From NCBI GenBank assembly GCA_951406725.2, contig OX597832.1:24304001-24368000 (forward strand): DNA of 64,000 nt, written 5' to 3'. The translations under genes and the position numbers were made by a program. Source of the stretch: Octopus vulgaris. Its lineage: Eukaryota. Below the pieces are notes generated by a model. That model was not told the origin of the DNA and searched no databases. It saw only the letters and a list, made by a program, of their open reading frames with translations. Positions 23,842 through 36,013 of this stretch are shown in pieces. Positions within the stretch are counted from its first letter, which is position 1. Every line of letters starts with the position of its first letter.

Positions 23842-23987
23842 TGTTATAGGATCTTTAGTTGTGGTTTATATTTCTTTTAATAAACATATTATCCTTATTT
23901 AATCAGGTGCATTGACAGAGGTGGAAAATCTGGTATTTCTTTTTTTTTTGTATCAGATTTTTTTGCACATTTTTGTGTATATATATC

Positions 23988-24051
<64 letters not shown>

Positions 24052-26049
24052 CATGATCATTACCAACGTCGCCTTACTGGCACGTGAAAAATCATTCAAG
24101 CGAGGTCATTGCCAGTGCCGCTGGACTGACTCCTGTGCAGGTGGCACGTAACAAACGCCATTTCGAGCATGGCTGTTGCCAGTACCGCTTGACTGGTCCT
24201 TGTGCTGGTGGCACGTAAAAGCACCCACTACACTTACGAAGTGGTTGGCATTACAAAGGGCATCCAGCTGTAGAAACTCTGCCAGATCAGATTGGAGCTT
24301 GGTGCAGCCCTCTGGTTCACCAGTCCTCAGTCAAATCGTCCAACCCATGCTGGCATGGAAAGCGGACGTTAAATGATGATGATGATGTGTATACACATAC
24401 CCACACTCATACATCATCATCAGTCATCTGCAGATGAAACTATAACATCTTTCGCTAACCACCTCCAATCCATCTTTGACCCCCACCAAGACTTTGATTT
24501 CAGATTTAGAGTTTTATTCCAGAATCTTCTCTGAGCATTTTTGGCAAGATCTTCATTCTTGCTCCTCTGTGCCACCAACCTCCTAACGATTACCAAAATA
24601 AAAGCTTTGAACCTCGTTAGTCCCCAGCTCTGTGACAATGGTCAGCAAAGCATAACCTTCTCTGCCGGATGGTGTCTAATGGCTGTGCCAGGCCTCAGTA
24701 TACCTCTCTATTGGTTCTATGCTCTCTCTCATTCTCAATAGTTTAACTTATAATCCATCAATTTTTATCTCTAGGTTTCATGTTATAATCCAAGATTCTG
24801 AATTGAATAGCAGAATACATTTTTTTCTTCACATGCCCCTAAGAATTTAAGTTTTAGTTTTCTGTCCATATTCCATATTTTGCCCAGCTTATTTATTGCA
24901 GGGGCATAAGGGCCAGTCAGGAGGTACTGGCAACGGCCACGCTCAAATGGTGTTTTTTACATGCCACCTGCACAGGAGCCAGTCCAGTGGCACTGGCAAC
25001 GACCTTGCTCGAATGTTTTTTCACGTGCTAATGGCACAATTGCCAGTAAGGCGACGCTGGTAACGATCGCGCTCAAATGGTGTTTTTTATATGCCACCGG
25101 CACAGGAGCCAGTCCAGCGGCACTGGCAACGACCTCACTTGAATGTTTTTTCACGTGCCAATGGCACAATTGCCAGTAAGGCGACGCTGGTTACGATCAC
25201 GCTCAAATGGTGTTTTTTACATGGCACTGGCAACGACCTCACTTGAACGTTTTTTCACGTGCCAATGGCACAAGTGCCAGTAAGGCGACACTGGTAATGA
25301 TCACGCTCAAATGGTGCTTTTTACATGCCACCGGCACGGAAGCCAGTTAGCTGCTCTGGCAATGTTCATGCTCGGATGATGCTCTTAGCAGTCCACTAGC
25401 ACGGATGCCAGTCATCGAATTTGATTTCAAATGATGAAGAAAATTGTATTAGGTGATTCAATTTCCTACAAGAATAAATATAGTTTTAAATATGTAGGGT
25501 AATTACTTTATTTTTTTATAATTTCTTTTGAAAAATAACTGCATGCCCTCTGTCGGGCTTGTGAAAAGTGCTTTGTCTTCTTGTCACTGAAACCCCAAAC
25601 CGGCCTCTGTCTCCAAAGGGTTAGCATGTATAATCAGGAGATTGAGAAGTGTGTGTGAAGAAAAACATCTTAAAATCTGTTTCACTTATTTCTTTATCTA
25701 AATATTGGCCTTCTGACCTAATTTCTTTTTTTGTTTTTTCTCTTTTTCGTTTTACTGCTAAAGGGAAATTTAAGCAAAGTACATGGTTAGTGTCTGAGTA
25801 AAATATTTATCTTATTCATAAAAAAAAAAATTCAGAATTTTGGGCGAGTGTTCTTTTACTAGATTCCATTCCCATCTCTGCATTGTGTGTGTGTGTGTGA
25901 GGGTTGGGGGTGGGTTGATTTTTTTTTTTTTATGGAATTCTACTTTTTTGCTTTCAAACTTTTAGGTCACTTATTATCAGTATACGACAGACAAACAGAT
26001 ATCTTAGATATTGTTTCAAAGGCTCAGTGAACCAGTTACAAAATGACAT

Positions 26050-26820
26050 AACCACCGCTACTACTACCACTGCAACCATCACCACCACCAAGATTACTAC
26101 TACCGTTAGTAATAATAATAATCAACCCCACTGCCACCACCACCGCCACTGCCGCAAACAACTATAACGTCAACACTAACAACACCTCCCTCCCTCCCTG
26201 TCACTAGTGCTACTCCCACTCACTACCAACAGCAACAACAACAACAGCCCCCCCCATTCATCCCTCCCACCACAGCACCCTTTGTAACGACAACAGCAAC
26301 ACTTAAAAGTAACAACACTATCCCCAACACCACCACCACCACCACCACCAACAACAACATCAACATTATCGCTACAACGACGTCACTATCATGACCACCA
26401 ACAACAACAACAACAACACCACAATCATCACCATCACCACCACCACCAACAATAACACCACCACCACCAACAACAACACTATCACTACAACGGCATCACT
26501 ATCATGTCCAACATCACTAATACCACCACTGCCACCACCACCACCAACAACACCACCAACAACACCACCATCACCACCAACAAGAACAACATCACTAATA
26601 CCACCATCACCACCACCACCACTATCACTACAACAACATCACTAATACCACCACCACCAACAACATCACCACCACCATCATCACCACCACCACCACCACC
26701 ACCATCACTACAACGACATCACTAATACCACCACCATCAACAACAACAACAACACTATCACTACAACGACATCACTATCATGACCACCATCACTAAAACC
26801 ACCACCACCACCACCACCAG
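26050..26820. repeat. Compound (CAC/CAA/CAT)n low-complexity tract
   Basis: Directly visible triplet mosaic. Confidence 0.9.
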
Positions 26821-27805
26821 CATGTATATATGTAGAGGGGTGCAACTGGAGTAAAAATGAATTGGCAAAGGGATGAAACCGGTCGGCTGTCTGCTTCCAA
26901 TGAGTCTAACAGACTGCTCTCTGTATCTGTGGCGTTTTATGTATTTCTGGCTTACAAAGCAATGTAGTATAAACATTCAAACACCATGCACTATCTTTAT
27001 AAATCCTGCTGCATTTCACATGGAATCTTTGGTCCTCCAAAGTCATCTTGGTGTATAAGTTGACCTTGTTCTTTTTTGGTTGTAAATTTTGGTTTGAAAA
27101 ATTTGGTTTCATCATCATCGTTCGTTTAGCGTCCGCTTTCCATGCTAGCATGGGTTGGACGGTTCAACTGGGGTCTGGGAAGCCAGAAGGCTGCACCAGG
27201 CTCCAGTCTGATCTGGCAATGTTTCTACAGCTGGATGCCTTTCCTAATGCCAATCACTCCGTGAGTGTAGTAGGTGCTTTTTACGTGCCACCGGCACAGG
27301 TGCCAGACGAAGCTGGCAATGGCCACGATCGGATGGTGCTTTTTACGTGCCACCGGCACAGGTGCCAGGCGACGCTGGCAAACGGCCACGATTGGATGGT
27401 GCTTTTTACGTGCCACCGGCACAGGTGCCAGACGTGGCTGGCAAACGGCCATGATCGGATGGTGCTTTTTACGTGCCACTGGAGGCTGGCAAATGGCCAC
27501 GATTGGATGGTGCTTTTTACGTGCCAGGCGAGGCTGGCAAACAGCCACGATCGGATGGTGCTTTTTACATGTCACCAGCGAAGCTGGCAATGGACACAAT
27601 CGGATGGTGCTTTTTACGTGCCACCAGCACGAGGCCAGTCGGGGCGGCACTGGCAACGGCCACATTCGGATGGTTCTCTTACGTACCACCGGCACTGGTA
27701 TCACTGGTTTATATATAAGAAAATATGGTACTTTTGTTTGTTTATGTTTGTTGCTATGTTCTTTAAATTTGTACTCTGTTTCAATCTCTGATTTATATTC
27801 TGTAG

Positions 27806-28007
27806 GAATGGTTCTGTGATGCTCCAGGTTGATGTCAACACTATCACCGGTGGCCTTACCCTCAACAGAGACTTCTGCGTGGATTTCCGTGATGAACCGG
27901 AAGGTCCAGTTTTGGCCCATGAAATGCATTATCCTGGTGGAGACTGTAGCACAGATATTTGGTTATCTGATAAGCAAAACCCCAGTTTATATCCTCACAA
28001 ATTATAA
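27806..28007 (+). CDS. SELENBP1: SELENBP1 exon 11 (last coding exon, TAA)
   Basis: tag|G; [10 protein letters not shown]...[31 protein letters not shown]. Confidence 0.95.
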
Positions 28008-28097
28008 AATAATGTAAAAACATAGAAAAGAAAAAAATATTTTTAAAAAACCCCAAAAACAAACAATTGAAATGAAATATAATAATGATGACTACAG

Positions 28098-28267
28098 TAT
28101 AAGAATATAAGAATAAAGAATTATAGGAATATGAGAATATAAGAATAAAGAATTATGGGAATATAAGAATATAAGAATAAAGAATTATAGGAATATGAGA
28201 ATATAAGAATAAAGAATTATAGGAATATGAGAATATAAGAATAAAGAATTATAGGAATAAAGAATAA
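28098..28267 (+). repeat. 32-bp tandem repeat (~5 copies) in the SELENBP1 3' region; each unit contains AATAAA
   Basis: Unit agaatataagaataaagaattataggaatatg; AATAAA at 28112, 28144, 28176, 28208, 28240 and 28256. Confidence 0.9.
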
Positions 28268-28592
28268 GGACTATAAACAGAAGGGGAAAAATAAAAACAA
28301 AATATCTTAATCCATGATAAGCTTTTTGTTGATAAATATATTTGTTTATTTTCAGAGGATTACCGCATCTTGCGTAACGATTTGAAAATAAATTTTTTGT
28401 ATCTGTGTGATTATCTTTAGATGCCCTTCGCTTGTGCGCATATGAGAACCCTGGCTTAATAAACCAGTGACATGTGAAATAGTGTAAAGTGTAATGATGG
28501 TTACTTGTGATAGGACCTTTTAGAGGAGGTACGTGAAGATTCTACCCCTATGACCTTCTCATGAATATATATATATATATATATTATATACA

Positions 28593-28635
<43 letters not shown>

Positions 28636-28646
28636 TATATACATAC

Positions 28647-28679
<33 letters not shown>

Positions 28680-29277
28680 TTATTTAAAAACAGGAGAAAT
28701 TCAACAAAAAAGATTGCATTGTTTACTTTTATTCTTTTGGAGTTTCATGTTCTTGTTTAAACCGTTCGTCGGACAGTTTTGTTAAAAACAAAAACTGTCC
28801 GACGAATGTGAACATGAAACTCCGAGTAACAGGTTTTGTTGAATTTCTGCATTTTTTTAAATAAAGCATATTACTCTACCCCTGGTATTTGAGTACTCTT
28901 TTTACCACCTTGTTTCACATTTATGTGTTTACTCCAGTATATATATATATATATATATCATCCCCCTTAGATCAGTTCCATTTATGTCTCAAGTAGACCT
29001 GCAGAAGATGGTAACATATATATGCTGCCATCTTCAGACATCTTCTGCAGGCCTGTTTCAGACATAACTGGAACCAATCTAAGGGGGATACCTCTGCCTC
29101 ACTGAAGGTTCTGCCAGTAAAGTTTCATTTTGCAATTTTTCTATTTACAAAATTAACTGACCAGGATGTTTTCCTTCCTCCAGTTGTGGAGAGATTACGT
29201 TACTCCAGCCACTTGAATCTGTCAGCTAAGTGCTTTGTAGGTGTGAAACCAATAGTCACTGGCTACAACAAACAACC

Positions 29278-29329
<52 letters not shown>

Positions 29330-32305
29330 AGCAATGCCAGGCTCTTATCATCATCAACGGACATTAAACGATGATGATGATGATGATGATAAGAGCCTGG
29401 CATGGCTTGGTTATATTAATTTCTGAAATAAATGCATTTATTCTTTGTATTTTCACTGATTTTTCTAAAAATGTGATGCAGGGAATTTTTTTGTTCATGG
29501 GTTAAGATTGATTCACTCTCATTTGTTCCATACAAACCATTCAGAAAATAGTTTATGTTGAACTTTAAGATATGCAACAAATATAGGCATAAAATAATGC
29601 CATCTGCTGAAAATCTCTGGTATAACTCTTGAAGTAATATGGAAAAGTATTAAATTCTTGCAATAAAATATATATTTACGATATTTTATCTATTTAGTTA
29701 TTTTTTTTATTTGTTCAAATCACTGTTTATTAAAATAGTACCATATATATATATATATATATATATATACATGTGTTTGTGTGCATGTGTGTTTCATTTT
29801 TCATTTACTTGTTTCAGTCATTTGACTGTGGCCATGCTAGAGCACCGCCTTTAGTCGAGCAAATCGACCCCAGGACTTATTCTTTGTAAGCCTAGTACTT
29901 ATTCTATCGATCTCTTTTTGCTGAACCACTAAGTTACGGGGATGTAAACACACCAGCATCGGTTGTCAAGCGATGTTGGAGGAGGGGTCAAACACAACAC
30001 ACAAACATACACACATATATATATACATATATACGATGGGCTTCTTTCAGTTTCCGTCTACCAAATCCACTCACAAGGCTTTGGTCGGCCCGAGGCTATA
30101 GCAGAAGACACTTACCCAAGGTGCCACGCAGTGGGACTGAACCCGGAACCATGTGGTTCGTAAGCAAGCTACTTACCACACAGCCACTCCAACGCCACAC
30201 TGTGTGTGTATAGTTCTGTCATTAAGATGTTTGCTTTCCATTCACATGGTTCCGGGTTCAATCCCATTGCGGTATCTTGGATAAGTATCTTCTACAATAG
30301 CCCCAGGTAAACCTATGCCTTGTGTGTGGAAGCCCATTGTATATATATTGCTGTGTGGTAAGAAGTCTGTTTCCCATCCACTTGGTTCTAGGTTAAGTCC
30401 CACTGCAGACCATCTTGGGCAAGTGTCTTTTTCTGTTGCCTCAGGCTGACCAAAGCCTTTGTGAGTGGGTCTTGTAACTGGAAACTGGAGGAAACCTCTG
30501 TGTGTGTGTGTGTGTATTAGGTAAGTAGGTTGCTTGTGAGTGCTACTGGTAACATATCTAATCCATTACAACATGCAGTATGTTCCTTTTTTTTGGTGAC
30601 TAATTTGGCAACCCCACTAAACATGTTTAGTAAGCAGGAAAAAACAAAACCTGTCAAAGGATGGTCAACAACCTCCAATACTATGGACACAAGTTTAATC
30701 CTGCTATTTCTCATGGACTGTTGTAGTTCCTACAGTAATCTTCAACAAATTGGTGACTTTGGTGCAGCAGCAAATACAGTAGCTGCGCATGCTTTTCAAT
30801 GATGCGCAATCAGAACTGATTCAGACAGTAAAAAACCACAAGAATGAGAATGGAGGAGGGCAGCGACCTAGCAGAAACGCCTAGCGGTATTTTGTCTGCC
30901 GCTACGTTCTGAGTTCAAATTCCGCCAAGGTCGACTTTGCCTTTCATCCTTTCGGGGTCGATAAATTAAGTACCAGTTATGCACTGGGGTCGATGTAATC
31001 GACTTAATCCGTTTGTCTGTCCTTGTTTGTCCCTTCTGTGTTTAGCCACTTGTGGGCAAAAAAGAAATAAGAGAATGAAGGTATGGTGTACCAGATTAGG
31101 AGGGGTTGAGGTGGGGAATTTCAGAAATTTCACCTGAGTCCAATATAGATTTCTACCACACACACGTTTGTAATTACCTACATGATTGCCTCTTTAGAGA
31201 CATCAGATCTTATGTTTTGACTATGATGAAAATGACCTGTTTTGATGTCTCTAAAGTGTCAAAAATTTGATAAAATTGTCCACAGAAGGGATGTAAAGAT
31301 TTTCCCCTTTTTGGTATACTAAACATTACTCTTTTACTTGTTTGTCATTTTGACTGCGGTCATGCTGGAGCACCGCCTTTAGTTGAGCAAATCGACCCCG
31401 GGACTTATTCTTTGTAAGCCCAGTACTTATTCTATCGGTCTCTTTTGCCGAACCGCTAAGTGACGGGGAAGTAAACACACCAGCGATGTTGGGGACAAAC
31501 ACAGACACACACGACGGGCTTCTTTCAGTTTCCGTCTACCAAATCTACTCACAAGGCATTGGTCAGCCCGGGGCTATAGCGGAAGACACTTGCCCAAGAT
31601 GCCACGCAGTGGGACTGAACTCGGAACCATGTGGTTGGTTAGCAAGCTACTTACCACACAGCCACTCCTGCGCCCATTGTGTACAAATGGTATAAATTCA
31701 TCATGACACTATGCATGTCCCACCGAAATATTACCATGCTCCACCGGTGGGGCATGCACCCCACATTGGGAACCATGGTGAAGGAAAGCTCTGATGTAAA
31801 AACCTGTGATTGGATGGATGGCAGTCAATGATGTTGATGAGTTTTTTTGGGGGGTTCCATTCACAAAGTCTTAGTCAGTCTGGGGCTAAAGTAGAAGACA
31901 CTGGTCCAAGGTGCCAAACAGTGGAATTGAACCTGAGACCATATGAAGTAAATTTCTCAACCACACAACAATGCCTGCATCTCTACTTCTTAATAGGAAA
32001 TATACAAAAACTACATAAATATATGATTGATTGATTGATTGATTCTAGTTTCAGCTTATGAGCTGTGGCCATGCTGGGGCACCGCCATTCCATATGAATA
32101 AATTAAAAAAATTCCAAGAATTTCATTCATAAATTATTTATTATTTTGATTTATATTAAAGAATTCAGAAACCAAAAAAAAACAAAAAAAATTGACCCTC
32201 CCCTTAATTTTGATATAAAACTAATTTTCTTTTGTCTGCAAATATTCTGAGGTGACTTCTGTTGTTGTATATTTCTTTAGTTGTTGTGAAAGTTTTCGGT
32301 AATTC

Positions 32306-32416
32306 TTAAGAATCAGAATCTTCAAATTCTACAAGACTAGCTCCCTTTGGCACCGTTTCTCCGATTTTGTATGGTAAAGATTTAATCACAACATCCTTTG
32401 GTGCACGAATGATAAA
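32306..32416 (-). CDS. MCCC1: MCCC1 last coding exon
   Basis: cag|FIIRAPKDVVIKSLPYKIGETVPKGASLVEFEDSDS* (TAA). Confidence 0.92.
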   Translation of the reverse strand, partial: FIIRAPKDVVIKSLPYKIGETVPKGASLVEFEDSDS

Positions 32417-33794
32417 CTGAAATGGAATGAAATATGAGAGAGAAAATAACAATAATGATAATAATAATAATAATAATAGTAATAATAATCATTACAGGCG
32501 TAGGAGTGGCTGTGTGGTAAGTAGCTTGCTTACAAACCACACGGTTCCGGGTTCAGTCCCACTGCGTGGCACCTTGGGCAAGTGTCTTCTACCATAGCCT
32601 CGGGCTGACCAAATCCTTGTGAGTGGATTTGGTAGACGGAAACTGAAAGAAGCCTGTCATATATATGTATATATATATATATATGTGTGTGTGTGGGGGG
32701 GGGTGTTTGTGTGTCTGTGTTTGTCCCCCCAACATCGCTTGACAACCGATGCTGGTGTGTTTACGTCTCATCACTTAGCGGTTCGGCAAAAGAGACCGTT
32801 AGAATAAGTACTAGGCTTACAAAGAATAAGTCCTGGGGTCGATTTGCTCGACTAAAGGCGATGCTCCTGCATGGCCACAGTCAAATGACTGAAACAAGTA
32901 AAAGAGTATCAACATAATACCTGTTTTTCCACACCTGCATGGGTTCTGTGGAATTTGTTGAGGCAGATTTTCTACAACCAGGTGCCCTTCTTTATTGCCA
33001 AATCTCACCTGTTTCTAAGTAAGGTAATATTCCTTCATGTCTAGACATGTTTTCACAAGAGATTGGAAATGAAGAACACTGCTTGTATGAAAGTGACACT
33101 CGTTTACAGCAATCAAGCAAAGTCGACTAACACACATACACACACACACAAACACAGACACAGACACATAACCCAGCCAAAAAGAGAAAACTCACACTAT
33201 GCTTATATATAAGAAATACTGGTTTCAAATTTTGACACAAGGCAAGCAATTTCAGGGAAGGGGCCAAGTTGATTACACCAACCCCAGTACATAACTGGTA
33301 CTTATTTTATCAACCCCAAAAGGATGAAAGGCAAAGTCGACCTTGGCAGAATTTGAACTCAGGCTGTAAAGACGGATGAAATACCACTTAGCCTTTTACC
33401 TGGAGTGCTTATGTTTCTGCCAGCTCAAATGCCAATAAAAGGTAAATTATATCTAACCCCTTTAACCCTGAAACTGGCTCTGGCTCTGTAGTACAAATGT
33501 CTTCTTTTCATAAGTTTTGAATTAAAATCTTCCACCAAAAGTAGTCACAATTAATGTTCCTAACACTAGCTTAATGATAACTAAGTTATTTTACTAAATT
33601 CTTTGTTATATTTAAAATAATTGAGAGAAAAACAGAGCATCCCAAAATAAATACAGGGTTAATATTCCAAACATCCTGAACTCCATTATAACAATGAATA
33701 ACATTTCCTCCACAGAAAAATAATAAAACTTTAAACATAGCATTTGTATGTAAATGAAATAAGGATAACATAAACATTTTTATACCTAATGATA

Positions 33795-34200
33795 TATCAG
33801 GTCATCCCATAAGTTCTGTCGGAATTTTGAATAAAGAAAACAAGTGATCAGATGTTATATTTAATTGGAGTTTAATCATCAATGTACTTTCCCTGATTAC
33901 CTTCCATCTATTTAAAAGCTTTTTAATCCCATCAATGTAAAATTCTTTTGGTTTCAAAGCGAAGAACTCTGAAATTTCAATTTCAACCTCCTCCTGGCTT
34001 GTGAAAGTTACGTCCCCCAAATGATTCTGTAAACTACAAAACAAATGGTAGTGTGAAAGAGCAAGGTCGGGAGAATAAGGTGAATGAGGAATTTTTTCAC
34101 AACCAAGCTATTCGATCTTCTGTGATGTGATCTTTGCAGTGTGGGGTCGCGCATTGTCCTGATGAAATATCACTCCTTTACGATTCACTAAAATGGGTCT
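33795..34200 (-). mobile_element. mariner transposase 3' relic with a TIR
   Basis: Minus strand reads FHQDNARPHTA, PHSPYSPDLALSHYHLF and FYIDGIKKLLNRW; terminus ta-tcaggtcatcccataagttc. Confidence 0.88.
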
Positions 34201-34281
34201 CTTTTTCTTCAAAGCAAGCTACTTACCACACAGCCACTCCTGCACCTATATGCAAAATAAATTTCTCATTAAAGACCTTAC

Positions 34282-34461
34282 CTCCATCTTCATAGCAATC
34301 ATTGCAACAAGAGGGTCTCCTTGGTTGACGTGGGCTCCTGGTTCTACATACAGCTTCTCTATCACACCAGGCATAGGGGCCACAGTTACTTTGCCAGCGC
34401 CAGCACCAGCTGTGCTTTCAAGGAACTTTGGGAGGGGGGTCTTTAGTTCTCGGCTCCCTTC
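34282..34461 (-). CDS. MCCC1: MCCC1 exon, biotinyl domain
   Basis: EGSRELKTPLPKFL...VAPMPGVIEK...MIAMKME|gtaagg. Confidence 0.95.
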
Positions 34462-35154
34462 CTGCAACAAATCAATGGTTGAATCAATATGTGTGTGTGT
34501 GCGCGTGAACATGCGTTTTGTATGTGTGTATATAAGTGTGTATGTACATGAATAGGAATATATGTGTGTATGTATACGAGTATGAATATATATATATACA
34601 TGTTTATGTGTGTGAATGTGTGTATGTGTGACACTGAATGCACATAGGGGGTGTTTGAGTGTGTGTGTGTGTGTGTGGGGGGTGTGTATATGTGTTTGTG
34701 TTTGAATGTGTGTGTATGACTGTAAATACATGTGTGCTTGAGACTCTGTGTGTGTGTGTGTGTGTGTGTGTACAATGAGCTTCTTTCAGTTTCTGCTTAT
34801 GAAATCCATGAAGTCATACACATGCGCACACATACATACATACACACACATGTACACGCACACACACACATGCACACGCACGCACACACACACACACACA
34901 GAGGATAGGCTTGTTTCAATTTACACTTACCAAACCCACTCACAAGGCTCTGGTCAGCCTGGGGCTATAATAGCAGACACTTCCCCCAAAGTGCTGCACG
35001 GTGGGACTGAACCTGCAACCGCATGGGTGCGAAGCAAACTTCCTTCCTAACCACACATCCATGCCTATACTCACACAATAAACAAACACATGAGTAAAAA
35101 AAAAAAAAAACAAAAAAAAAAAACACCAAACGATATTTTCCCACAAAAACTTAC

Positions 35155-35342
35155 CATACTGAATACGTGTACACTGTTGTCTTGAAACACCACGTAGGAA
35201 GACATCTTAACGTTGTTCACGGAACAGACCAGTTTCTTCCGTGGACCCTCCGACTCTAATTTGGCGCTCACAGAATATTCCTCACCATTGTGCTTCACTG
35301 TGAATGTGTTACCGGTCAGGAAGACGACTTCAAAGTCTATTT
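35155..35342 (-). CDS. MCCC1: MCCC1 exon, BT domain
   Basis: cag|AA IDFEVVFL...LVCSVNNVKMSSYVVFQDNSVHVFSM|gtaagt; both phases fit the neighbouring exons. Confidence 0.9.
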
Positions 35343-36013
35343 CTGCACGACAAAGATAGAAATACCATGTAGCAATGAAAGTGTGAATGTAGTAATGAAA
35401 GTAGTAGTAGTAGTGGTGGTGGTGGTAGTGGTAGTAGTGGTGGTGGTGGTGGTAGTAGTAGTCGTAGTATTATCACTACTCTTTTACTTGTTTCGGTCAT
35501 TTGACTGCGGCCATGCTGGAGCACTACCTTTAGTTGAGCAAATCGACCCCAAGACTTATTCTTTATAAGCCTAGTACTTATTCTAGCGGTCTCTTTTGCT
35601 GAACTGCTAAGTTACGGGGATGTAAACACACCCCCATCGCTTGTCAAGCGATGTTGGAGGGACAAACACAGACACACAAACATATATATATATACATATA
35701 TACAATGGGCTTCTTTCAGTTTCCATCTACCAAATCCACTTACAAGGCTTTGGTCGGGCCATGGCTATAGTAGAAGTCACTTGCCCAAGGTCCCACACAG
35801 TGGGAATGAACCCGCAACCATGTGGTTGGTAAGAAAGCTACTTACCACACAGCCACTCCTGTTTCTATAATTGCAGTCGTAGATTGGGAGTGACCGAGGT
35901 GAGAGGGTATGATATGAACAACTGAGGTAACAGCAGTTCACATATCAGTGAAACTACAACTGTATTTGTACTTGAGACTCCTAATTCTTCATAATCCAGT
36001 CGACCGAATTCTA

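Larger units (their letters stand above)
1761..28007 (+). other. SELENBP1: SELENBP1 / methanethiol oxidase (SBP56 family) gene span; 11 coding exons, 1428 nt CDS, 475 aa
   Basis: Exons join in frame through GT-AG introns. SBP56 motifs are present: [80 protein letters not shown]. Confidence 0.96.

Noticed and set aside
22964-23902. 312-aa ORF and overlapping Cys/His-rich ORFs
   Set aside because: These are translations of a nearly stop-free 62-bp minisatellite within a SINE, open in several frames on both strands.
26391-26725. Poly-Thr/Pro mucin-like ORFs
   Set aside because: Triplet microsatellite inside an intron.
27048-27929. 247-, 234- and 181-aa ORFs
   Set aside because: Family-C repeat modules; only 27806-28007 is a real exon.
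1761-28007. Selenoprotein (Sec/SECIS)
   Set aside because: There is no in-frame TGA in the reconstructed CDS, and SELENBP1 is not a Sec protein.
33802-34044. Active or domesticated transposase
   Set aside because: Truncated fragment with the third catalytic Asp lost (YSPDLALSH).
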